Of a DNA stretch of 64,000 nt, positions 52,011 to 62,895 are shown one piece after another. The position numbers were made by a program, and so were the translations under genes. The notes beneath the pieces are model-generated. The model was not told the origin of the DNA and did no database searches. It saw nothing but the letters and a program-made list of their open reading frames with translations. Location of the stretch: NCBI GenBank assembly GCA_002269645.1, contig NIVC01002256.1:124001-188000 (forward strand), read 5' to 3'. This DNA is from Macrostomum lignano. Taxonomy: Eukaryota. Within the stretch, counting starts at the first letter, position 1. Every line of letters begins with the position of its first letter.

Positions 52011-52734
52011 GTGTATAGAGCTTATCTATGAAGGTAGTACGCGGTTAACCAAGAGTAACTTAATTAAAGCTTCTTGGTTAATCGGCTTCTCTTAAGGCTA
52101 ACATTTTTTGCGTAAATGTCTATCTGAAAATGGTTAGTCATCGCAGTATTCTCATTCGTATTGCTTATCAGTAATTAGAAGGTTATTTTCCTAGTACAAT
52201 ATTGTCACCATAAAGTACACAGCTGATAACTTAGCGATTAGATAATCAATTATTTTCTGATAGGCTCACTCAGTCACGAGTTCTTTAACACTGTTGCGGG
52301 CGAAAACCTACTGACACATCATAAATTGCGTTTTGCGAAACGAATTCTGCCAATTAGTAACGATAATGCTCGATTTTGTTGGTTTTTACACTGCCTTTTT
52401 GTAAATAGTCGAGAACTTTTTGGTAGCTAATAGTGTTGACAATAAGTATTTTTCTAACTTTATCTGACCATTTTGAAGGCCTTAAATACCTACTTTAGCC
52501 ATAACAGGTATTCTCACTTAACTTTCAAGGTCCCAGGGCATCAGAACTTTTTTAAATATTTAATTTTTAATATTTTTCTATTAAATTTAGTTGCAGTATG
52601 TACATTTTTTCATTTTTTCAAGGCTTCATTTTGTATGCCATTTGGCGCAGAAATACGAGCTAATCATGACTCAATAACTTAGGTGTACGAGGCTTGATTT
52701 GCAATTCACCTCAATGTTCACTCACGTCATCCAG

Positions 52735-53095
52735 CCGCGATTTCAATTCACCCCCTCTCGCCCGGTGTACACCCACCCCCCTCCGCCAGCCAGCCAGCCA
52801 GCCCCAATTTCAATTCCCTCCGCCAGCCAGTCAGCCCCGACCGATTTCAATTCAAGCCCCTCACCAAAAATGTACACCCACTCTCTCCGCCAGCCAGCCA
52901 GCCAGCCCCGATTTCAATTCCCTCCGCCAGCCAGTCAGCCCCGACCGATTTCAATTCAAGCCCCTCACCAAAAATGTACACCCACTCTCTCCGCCAGCCA
53001 GCCAGCCCCGATTTCAATTCAAGCCCCTCACCAAATTTACACCCACCCCCTCCGCCAGCCAGCCAGCCCCGATCTCAATTCCACCAATGTACATT
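52735..53095. repeat. Composite repeat (CCGCCAGCCAGCCAGCCCCGATTTCAATTC...)
   Basis: Several copies of (GCCA)n + GATTTCAATTC + TGTACACCCAC blocks. Confidence 0.8.
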
Positions 53096-53719
53096 CAACT
53101 AGACCAGTTTTTTAAACGAACCATTTACAATGAAATCCTTTCGAATTTGCAGCAGATCTCGTTTTTTATTCAAATTTTTGCTTCTTTCTGATGATAATTT
53201 CACGGGAAAACCTTTTATAGGGTACGAAATTTTCCTTTTCCCCATAATCTAGATAGCAGTGCATGGTTTTCATCAAGTATTCTTTATTTATGGCATGTAC
53301 TCTATTATTTTGACACTTCCTTTTAATTTTAGTCTTCTTTTTGTTCCCGTGTTTTGTTATTCAAAATGTTCCACTGTTTTAACCAGTGCGTGAACTCAAT
53401 TTTAAAGAGGCTGTAAATCTTTTTCTGGATAACTTGTATTGCATGCAAAATCTGCTTTGCACGACTTAGTTTGGTGTAGCATCTCATTATCATTAAATTG
53501 CGTGTAATAGCTTTTATCCGCCCAAAATTGAATACACTGAAATATAAACTCTGTGGATTACTGTTTCTCCTTTTACGAGTTAGTGCTGACTTTTGAGATT
53601 TTCATTAATTCAATTTTTTGTTGCAAAGTTTTCAAACGTTACGTTACCTAAAGCAAGATTAGAATTTCTGAAAAACAGTTTCTCAAAAAAAATTTACGGT
53701 TTCTGTTAAAAAATGGATG

Positions 53720-54340
53720 ATTTCTTAGAATCCCAAATTAGGCGATTTCTTAGACACAATAATGCACGATTTTTAGAATCGTGATTCCTACAACGGACAA
53801 ATTCTTAGAATCACAATTTAGACGCTTTCTTAGAATGTCGAAACAGCGATCGATTTCTTAGAATCACACAACCGACGATTTATAAGAATCTAAGAATAGA
53901 CGATTTCTTTCTTAGAATTTTAAAATGGATATTTTCCTAGAATCTCAAAAAAAATTTAATTTTAAGATGAACAATTTCTTAGAATTCCAAATTAGAACAC
54001 GGTTTCTTAGAAACCCAAAATGGACAGTTTCTTAGAATCTCACAATAGACAGTTTCTTAAAATCCCACAATGGACAGTTTCTTAGAATACCACAATGGAC
54101 AGTTTCTTACAATCCCACAATGGACAGTTTCTTAGAATTCCAGAATGGACAGTTTCTTAGAATCCCAGAATGGACAGTTTCTTAGAATTCCAGAATGAAC
54201 AGTTTCTTAGAATTCCAGAATGGACAGTTTCTTAGAAACCCAAAATGGACAGTTTCTTAGAATTCCAGAATGGACAGTTTCTTAGAACTCCAGAATGGAC
54301 AGTTTCTTAGAATTCCACAATGCGCAACTTCTTAGAATCC
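53720..54340. repeat. 25-bp minisatellite (AATGGACAGTTTCTTAGAATTCCAG)n upstream of ALDH3
   Basis: Degenerate on the left, homogeneous at 54020-54320. Confidence 0.9.
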
Positions 54341-54383
54341 CGATTTGTCATTTTCTTCGAACTCGAACAACTCATGCGCTGCC

Positions 54384-55067
54384 ATGACTCAGTCCGCGTC
54401 CAACATTGTCGCCTCGTTGCGCTCAACTTTCGCCACCGGTCGCACCCGATCGCTGGACTGGCGCCGCAGCCAGCTCAAGGCCCTGCACAACATGCTCAGC
54501 GAGCAGGAGGCCCGATTCCTTGAAGCTCTGTGGCGCGACCTGCGAAAGAGCAAGCAGGAGACCGCCGCGACAGAGCTGCTCATGGTCAAAGGCGAGATCG
54601 CCAAGCTGTCCAAGGAGCTGACGCATCTGGCCGCTCCTACTAAACCGCCGAAGACGTTCATCAGCCGGATGGACGGCCTGGCCATTCAACCGCAGCCGCT
54701 GGGAGTCGCCCTGATCATCGGTGCCTGGAACTACCCGATCCAGCTGGTCCTGCTGCCACTGGCCGGAGCCATCGCCGCTGGCAACTGCGCCGTGGTGAAG
54801 CCGTCAGAGATTGCCGAAGCCTCGGCTGCTCTGCTAGCCGAGCTGCTGCCAAAATATCTCGACCAGGACTGCGTCCGTGTGGTGTGCGGCGGCGTCGAGG
54901 AGACCCAGCAGCTGCTTGAGCAGCGATTCGACACCATCTTCTACACTGGCAGCTCCCGGGTTGCCCGCATTGTGATGGCCGCAGCCAGCAAGCATCTGAC
55001 TCCGGTCACCCTCGAGCTGGGCGGCAAGTCGCCCGTCTACGTGTCTCACGGTATCGATTTGGAACTG
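54384..55067 (+). CDS. ALDH3: Aldehyde dehydrogenase family 3 (ALDH3B-like), exon 1 of 2; join(54384..55067,55563..56324), 481 aa
   Basis: GCCATG start. GRTRSLDWR, PLGVALIIGAWNYP, GNCAVVKPSE, FYTGS, TPVTLELGGKSP. Donor CTG|GTGAGT. Confidence 0.95.
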
Positions 55068-55077
55068 GTGAGTCAGC

Positions 55078-55540
55078 ACCTGACCCATCCCTGACCTGAC
55101 CCATCCCTGACCTGACCCATCCCTGACCTGACCCATCCCTGACCTGACCCATCCCTGACCTGACCCATCCCTGACCTGACCCATCCCTGACCTGACCCAT
55201 CCCTGACTTGACCCACCTGACCCATCCCTGACTTGACCCAACTGACCCATGACTTAACCCACCTGACCCATCACTGACCCAACCCTAACCCCAAACGTGA
55301 CCCTACCCTGACTCAACCCTGACCCAGCACTGACCCAACTCTGCTCCTGTCCTGACTCAGCCCTGACCCAGCCACGACCCAACCCTGACCCAACTCTGAA
55401 CCAACCCTGACCCAAATCTGACCCTACCCTGACTCAACCCTGACCCAGCCCTGACGCAACCTTGACCCAGCTCTGACCCAGCCCCGTGACTAAACCCAGA
55501 CCCGACTCTGACCCAGCTCTGATTCAATTCGGACACAAGC
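55078..55540. repeat. 16-bp (CCTGACCCATCCCTGA)n array filling the ALDH3 intron
   Basis: Starts ~10 nt after the donor and degenerates toward the acceptor. Confidence 0.92.
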
Positions 55541-55562
55541 CCGTGCCCACCACCGCCCGCAG

Positions 55563-56324
55563 GTGTCGCGCCGGCTGGCCTGGGGCAAGTTCATGAACGC
55601 CGGGCAGACGTGTATCGCCCCGGACTACGTGCTGTGCCCGCCCGACCTGATGCAGCCGCTGGCCGACGCCCTGGCCGCCAGGGTTATCGAATTCTTCGGC
55701 GAAAATCCGCGGGACAGCCCAGACTATGGCCGGATCGTGTCCGACCGGATGTTCGACCGACTGTCCGGCCTGCTGTCCGAGACCAAAGCCAAGCGAGTCG
55801 TCGGCGGCGACCCGGACAAAGCCGAGCGGTTCATCCCGCCCACCGTCTTCATGGACGTGAAGCCGGACGACGCCCTGATGCGCGAGGAGCTGTTCGGCCC
55901 CATCCTGCCCATCCTGCCGGTCCGCGGCGGCGTCGACGAAGCCATCGAGCTGATCAACGCCGGGGAGAAGCCGCTGGCTCTCTACGCCTTCACCAACGAT
56001 GCCAGCGTTCGCCGACGCTTCGAAGATTCAACCAGCAGCGGCGCCCTGGTGTTTAACGACGTCGTCATTCATGCCGGCATCGACACGCTGCCGTTTGGCG
56101 GCGTCGGCGAGTCCGGCATGGGCTGCTACCACGGCGTGTACACCTTCCAGGCGTTCTCGCATCGTCGCTCGGTGCTGTACAAGAACGCCAGCGCGATCTC
56201 CGAGGCTGTCAACTCTCGCTTCCGCTATCCGCCGTACAACGAATCTAAACTGGGCTGGATCAGCTGGGCTCTGAGCAGCAGCGTTAGCGACAAGGGCGGC
56301 TGGAATTCCTGCCAGCTGCTTTGA
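55563..56324 (+). CDS. ALDH3: ALDH3 exon 2
   Basis: Catalytic NAGQTCIAPDY, EELFGPILP, KPLALYAF, LPFGGVGESGMGCYHG, RYPPY; C-terminus CQLL*. Confidence 0.95.
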   Translation: MSRRLAWGKFMNAGQTCIAPDYVLCPPDLMQPLADALAARVIEFFGENPRDSPDYGRIVSDRMFDRLSGLLSETKAKRVVGGDPDKAERFIPPTVFMDVKPDDALMREELFGPILPILPVRGGVDEAIELINAGEKPLALYAFTNDASVRRRFEDSTSSGALVFNDVVIHAGIDTLPFGGVGESGMGCYHGVYTFQAFSHRRSVLYKNASAISEAVNSRFRYPPYNESKLGWISWALSSSVSDKGGWNSCQLL

Positions 56325-56434
56325 AGGGCTGGAACTCCTGCCAGCTGCTTTGAAGGGCTGGAACTGTCTTCTGCGGACTTGAGACCGGGGAGTGAACTTG
56401 ATTATTTTAAATATTTTCGTTCCATCCAAAATTC

Positions 56435-56720
56435 TTGACTCGATTTGACCCCTGTCCTGATTTGACCCCTTGACCTGATTTAACCCCTGTCCTGATTTGA
56501 ACCCTTGACCTGATTTGACCCCTGACCTGACTTAACACCTGCCCTGATTTGACCCCTGACCTGATTTGACCCCTGTCCTGATTTGACCCCTTGACCTGAT
56601 TTAACCCCTTGACCTGATTTGACTCCTTGACCTGATTTGACCCCCGTCCTGATTTAACCCCTGACCTGATTTTACCCCTGTCCTGAGTTGACACCTGTCC
56701 TGATTTGTCCCCTGACTTAA
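56435..56720. repeat. 17-18-bp repeat (GATTTGACCCCTGWCCT)n after ALDH3
   Basis: Tandem units. Confidence 0.88.
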
Positions 56721-57448
56721 TTTCTCGATCCTAATTTAACTTTTGATTTTTGTGTAACCCTTGACCTTACATGACCCTTAATCTAGACTTTAATGACCAT
56801 TTGACCTTATTTGACATTTACTTGTCGTCCTTCACCCCGACCTTTGTTAATCATTGATCTTTGTTGTCAGCGTAAGTTTATGTTTACATTTTCACAAATT
56901 TTCTTTTAGTTTTTTATATTTGGTTTGAAATTTAAAAAATTATTGACTGACCGTTGACCCCAGTTGACCCCGCTGTTGTCTTAAGATTCTGTCTTTTCAC
57001 TTAACGACGCTCGTATTACGCAACTTATAGTTGATCTGATTAAAGTCTGAGGATTTGTATTGCTTGATTAAATTGACCCTTTAAACACCTTTATGGTCAG
57101 TTATAGTTTTCGCAATAATTATTATCAAATTGCTGTCTGTTGTCAAACTCGTATCTATTTTCTAAATAGATGTTTATTCCGAATACATTAGCTAACTAGA
57201 AAATTGTTATTGTAGTGTTGTTCTCGTAATCGCGATATAATTAATCTTATAATTGGTTAAACAAAGCGTTATTTTTATTGTTGTCGATCGCTACTATTGA
57301 TTGATTGATAGCTTTGTGAGCACTGTCTGTAGTGTGTCCGTTCTCAATATACAAATCCCTGTGTTATGATTATTAATTTTTTTAATAACTTCACATTTTC
57401 TGCCTTTTTCTGCATTTTGGCTCAGTTATTTTACTGTTTAAGGGCAAA

Positions 57449-58110
57449 TGTCTACTACAGACTGGATTGGGTAGAGTATAGGACTGTCTACTACAGACTG
57501 GATTGGGTAGAGTATAGGACTGTCTACTACAGGCTGCATTGAGTAGAGTTTAGGACTGTCTACTACAGGCTGCATTGGATAGGGTATAGGACTGTCTACT
57601 ACAGGCTGCATTGGATAGGGTATAGGACTGTCTACTACAGGCTGCATTGGATAGGGTATAGGACTGTCTACTACAGGCTGCATTGGATAGGGTATAGGAC
57701 TGTCTACTACAGGCTGCATTGGGTAGAGTATAGACTGTCTACTACAGGCTGCATTGGGTAGAGTATAGGACTGTCTACTGCAGACTGCATTGGGTAGAGT
57801 ATAGACTGTCTACTACAGGCTGCATTGGGTAGAGTATAGACTGTCTACTGCAGACTGCATTGGGTAGAGTATAGACTGTCTACTACAGACTGCATTGGGT
57901 AGAGTATAGACTGTCTACTGCAGACTGCATTGGGTAGAGTATAGACTGTCTACTACAGGCTGCATTGGGTAGAGTATAGGACTGTCTAGTGCAGACTAGA
58001 TTGGGTAGAGTAGAGGACAGTCTACTACAGGCTGCATTGGGTAGAGTATAGGACTGTCTAGTGCAGACTAGATTGGGCAGAGTATAGGACTGTCTACTAC
58101 AGACTGCATC
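57449..58110. repeat. 35-36-bp minisatellite (GACTGTCTACTACAGGCTGCATTGGGTAGAGTATAG)n
   Basis: About 18 copies. Confidence 0.94.
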
Positions 58111-60125
58111 TAGTTGAATTTAAAACGGTCAAGTGCTGATTGGACTGGGGCTGTCCACTACTATAGACACTGTACAAACGTATTGGAAAAAGTTTTAATT
58201 CTTCTACTACTGTCGGTGCAGATGAAGGTGGCAGAGCTAAAGCTTAATCAGATACATGTATTAAAATGAGATTTTCGCTGGATTTCCAACGTTACATAAT
58301 TAAACTTTCATGCGAATCACGTTAAGCCTCTGTATTATTTAGTCACAGTCCGGCTATTTTTATGTTTACGGCCTTTTATTATCCAGTAAGGAAAAATTTT
58401 CACTTGATTTGTTAGAGATGCACATGCACAATGTTTACATACGCGTATGCAAGTGATGTGTATTCTGTGTTCTCACAAGATGAGATGGCAGTCTAACGTG
58501 TGTAATTAATACATCTGTAATTTTGGAACTTTAATGTGCAATTACATATCTAGCTCTAGCTATTTTGCTGGGGAGATAATTACCAGGAAGTTTTATTATT
58601 CTATCTGTGATGTTTATAAATTTCTATATGATGATGACCGGAAATTACTGTACAGCAATTGTGATCGATTGACGGATTCGCTAAGTCATTTCTGTTGACA
58701 CAGCACATGCAGTAAAGCTCTTTCGAATCCTACGTAAATATTGGGTCGCATTTATAATATAAGGTGCAATTTATTTCAGCTAAGCAATTAAGCCTAGTAG
58801 TTGACTGAAAAGCGGAAACATTTTCTCGCCTATGTGGAGTGAGTGCTGCATTATTTAAATGGCTATTCGCATAATTATAGCCCTTTTAACGACTGCATGA
58901 ACTGAGTTCAAAGGAACAATTACGATCCTACATATACACTGTAAATGATGTATGCATACGTGTAGTACGATTGTCATATCGTTTTTAATTTGAAAAATTC
59001 TCTCTCCGTGAAAGTCAACTGCCTTTCTATCGTAAAATTTGTTTTCATACGTACCTTGATAAAAAACGAATGGCTTGAAAAATGTATGCGCATCATTGTA
59101 CAATGTAAAATATATAATAAAACAAAGTGCTAGCTGGTCATGAGCATGTAATAACACAGTCTATCCCCATTTTAGCAATGAGCTGTTCAGCTAAACATAC
59201 AACGGCTTAACCAAAAAATGTCGCATTAGTTTTTACGCTATTTTTTGCTGAATATCTCACTTCTAAATAGATTATCGATAAATTTTATTAACACCGTATT
59301 TCCTAATTCTGTGTTTGTCTGCTACTTAAAATACCCGCTGGCAAATATCTCTTATTAACGTTTACGGCAAATTCAAATTAAAGTTTCTAATATTTTATAA
59401 TTTTAGTATTCCTGAGCTAAAATAAAAAAGCTTCTTTGTTTTACCTCACTAAGTCGTTTTAAGTACATTACCAACCAGTTTTTTAAAATGGGGTATTTAA
59501 TTGGATTTCAAACGATGAATAGTTTTTTTAAGATAAAACGACAATGTAAACTTGACTTTGTACATTTATACAAGTTTAGTAATTGAATTGAAGAACACAA
59601 ATGAGCTCTAGTGCTGTTGAAACCTCTATAAATGTAAGTTTTGGTTTCTATAAATATCTATGCTGTAGCATTTTTAGTCAAAAGATTGAAAGACAACATG
59701 AAAAAGGACTAATTGAGAGAAACCTAAATAAATACTAAAATTTCTAATTAACCCTTGGCCATCGATTTTTGAGCAAAAATTTGGATTTGCTCCTAGACAT
59801 GTCTATAAAACTCGTGAGGTTTTCATGCATATACTGAGTCAAGACCAAGTGCTTATGGCCCTATAGTTTTTACTTGAAACTTTAGATATATGTAATATAT
59901 ATAGCTCGTATATCGAAAGAAGTTAGCTCGTATATATATAAATAAATTAATATCTGTATATATATTATATATTAATATATAATATAATATAATATAATAT
60001 ATAAAACAGATAAATAAAAATCTGTTTTCATAATTGATGAAGAAATTATGAAAACAGATATATATTAACTATAAGAAGTAATAATTCCGATTTAACCTCT
60101 TATTCCCACGCCTCCTTAAAAACAG

Positions 60126-60485
60126 CGGGACTTGTTCAACCCGACTGAAGCGCAGGTGACCCGCTCAAATCTGGTCTACGCGATCAACGTTTTCGACGTC
60201 CTGCCCCTGCCCGCCCTACTCATAATAGTATTCATAGTTTACGCCGCCGTGCTAATCCTGTTCCGCTACGTGGCCTACCGGGTGGTGAGCGGCGCTGGGC
60301 AGCCGTCGACGGAGCCGCGCGGCGCCGGCATCTGCAACTCCTTCTGCCTGTGCTGCGTCAACTGCAGCAACAGCTGCGGCGCCTGCGACAACCGCGGCAC
60401 CCTGGGAGGCTGCGCCAACGGCGTCTGCCCCCACAGACGCAGCGGGGTGCTGTTCTCCGATGTGCTGCTGTGCCACCAGTGCGAG
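60126..60485 (+). CDS. Unrecognised single-pass membrane protein with Cys-rich tail, first visible exon (no ATG); join(60126..60485,61848..61964)
   Basis: GC-rich exon between AACAG| and GAG|GTGAGC. Hydrophobic stretch LPLPALLIIVFIVYAAVLILF, followed by CxxxCxCCxxCxxxCxxC. Confidence 0.7.
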
Positions 60486-60536
60486 GTGAGCAGGGGGGTT
60501 CGAACTTCGGCTGACTTGATGGTGCTGCTGGGAATA

Positions 60537-61730
60537 GCCAGCTGTTAGAGCCAGTTGTCTGACTCTATCAGCTGTTAGATATTCTGTGCCTGACTATCAG
60601 CTGTTAGATATTCTGTGCCTGACTATCAGATGTAAGATATTCTGTGCCTGACTCTATCAGATGTTAGATATTCTGTGCCTGACTCTATCGGATGTTAGAT
60701 ATTCTGTGCCTGACTCTATCGGATGTTAGATATTCTGTGCCTGACTCTGTCAGCTGTTAGATATTCTATGCCTGACTCTGTCAGCTGTTAGATATTCTGT
60801 GCCTGACTCTGTCAGCTGTTAGATATTCTGTGCCTGACTCTGTCAGCTGTTAGATATTCTATGCCTGACTCTGTCAGCTGTTAGATATTCTGTGCCTGAC
60901 TCTGTCAGCTGTTAGATATTCTGTGCCTGACTCTGTCAGCTGTTAGATATTCTGTGCCTGACTCTGTCAGCTGTTAGATATTCTGTGCCTGACTCTGTCA
61001 GCTGTTAGATATTCTGTGCCTGACTCTGTCAGCTGTTAGATATTCTGTGCCTGACTCTGTCAGCTGTTAGATATTCTGTGCCTGACTCTGTCAGCTGTTA
61101 GATATTCTGTGCCTGACTCTAGCAGATGTTAGATATTCTGTGCCCGACTCTATTAGATGTTAGATATTCTATGCCTGACTCTGTCAGCTGTTAGATATTC
61201 TATGCCTGACTCTGTCAGCTGTTAGATATTCTGTGCCTGACTCTATCAGATGTTAGATATTCTGTGCCTGACTCTGTCAGCTGTTAGATATTCTGTGCCT
61301 GACTCTATCGGATGTTAGATATTCTGTGCCTGACTCTGTCAGCTGTAAGATATTCTATGCTTGACTCTGTCAGCTGTTAGATATTCTGTGCCTGACTCTG
61401 TCAGCTGTTAGATATTCTGTGCCTGACTCTGTCAGCTGTTAGATATTCTGTGCCTGACTCTGTCAGCTGTAAGATATTCTATGCCTGACTCTGTCAGCTG
61501 TTAGATATTCTGTGCATGACTCTGTCAGCTGTTAGATATTCTGTGCCTGACTCTGTCAGCTGTTAGATATTCTGTGCCTGACTCTGTCAGCTGTTAGATA
61601 TTCTGTGCCTGACTCTAGCAGATGTTAGATATTCTGTGCCCGACTCTATTAGATGTTAGATATTCTGTGCCTGACTCAATCAGATGTTAGATATTATGTG
61701 TCTGACTCAATCAGATGTTAGATATTCTGT
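60537..61730. repeat. 31-bp minisatellite (CAGCTGTTAGATATTCTGTGCCTGACTCTGT)n
   Basis: About 38 copies filling the intron. Confidence 0.96.
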
Positions 61731-61847
61731 AAGGTGCTAGTTTACCACCTTTTAAATATTGGTAAGTCAGCTGTCATAGTTTTCAATGGTTAGATACATA
61801 TACCGGAAATCAAGCGTTTCCCTCCCACATCCTCGATAATCCCACAG

Positions 61848-61964
61848 CGTAAAACGGTGAATTGTTGTCAAGCCGACTGCGACGACTGCTTCTGCTTCTG
61901 CTTTGAATGCCGCTTCCGGAAAAATGGCGGCACTGCGCTGCTTGGCTCCGCTGCTGAAGAATAA
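61848..61964 (+). CDS. Cys-rich membrane protein, last exon
   Basis: Acceptor CCCACAG, phase 0, reading RKTVNCCQADCDDCFCFCFECRFRKNGGTALLGSAAEE*; continues the Cys pattern. Confidence 0.7.
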   Translation, partial: RKTVNCCQADCDDCFCFCFECRFRKNGGTALLGSAAEE

Positions 61965-62350
61965 CCGGAAGTGGACTGTAATGACTAGAAATGGGGTCAT
62001 AGCAACCGGGAGTGGACTTTAATGACTAGAAATGAACTCATAGCAACCGGAAGTGGACTGTAATGACTAGAAATTGGCTCATGGCAACCGGAAGTGGGCT
62101 GTAATGACTAGAAATGGGCTCATGGCAACCGGAAGTGGGCTGTAATGACTAGAAATGGGCTCATGGCAACCGGAAGTGGGCTGTAATGACTAGAAATGGG
62201 CTCATGGCAACTAGAAGTGGGCTGTAATGACTAGAAATGGGCTCATGGCAACCGGAAGTGGGCTGTAATGACTAGAAATGGGCTCATGGCAACTAGAAGT
62301 GGGCTGTAATGACTAGAAATATACTCATTCATTAGCAACCAGAAGTGGAC
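61964..62350. repeat. 41-bp minisatellite (GACTAGAAATGGGCTCATGGCAACCGGAAGTGGGCTGTAAT)n
   Basis: About 9-10 copies starting at the stop codon. Confidence 0.94.
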
Positions 62351-62895
62351 TATGTTGAAATTACAATAAATTTGACGAATTTATCGAAGATTATGGATCA
62401 AAAAAAGATTTATTTAGCTGCGACAAGAAATAGACTGAACTAAATACTTTTATACTCATAGCAATTGTTGTTTTCATTAATTTGAAAATGTTCCTGTAAC
62501 TTGTTGATGCTTATTTTAAACATCGATTAGCTGTTTAATCTTATCTGTTTATGCTCATAAAAAGACCAGACAACTGATCATCTCCAAGCAGCCTGAAGCC
62601 ACTTCCATCTACAAATCCTTTTTAAAACATTCCTTTTTTGCATCCGAATTTAAACGGTAACTTTTATCGTCTTTTATGACTACTGAAAGTAGAGCGTGCT
62701 CCTCCTGATAACGTTTTTATTTATTGAATGCTTCCTGGAAAGAAGTTAAATAAACAAAGTTGCAGCGCGTTGGCCCAATATTTTAATTTTTACTGCTGCC
62801 GTATTGCCGCAATTTTGTATTTTTTTCAAGGCAAAATATTGTGTGACTTCTATGCGGCATATGTGCCTCATGAAGAGACACTAAAAAGAGACACC

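Noticed and set aside
52045-52081. 10-bp hairpin TTAACCAAGA/TCTTGGTTAA downstream of TRPM
   Set aside because: AT-rich and short; expected by chance and too small for a pre-miRNA.
50028-56429. Minus-strand ORFs overlapping TRPM exon 10 and ALDH3
   Set aside because: Antisense shadows of GC-rich coding exons.
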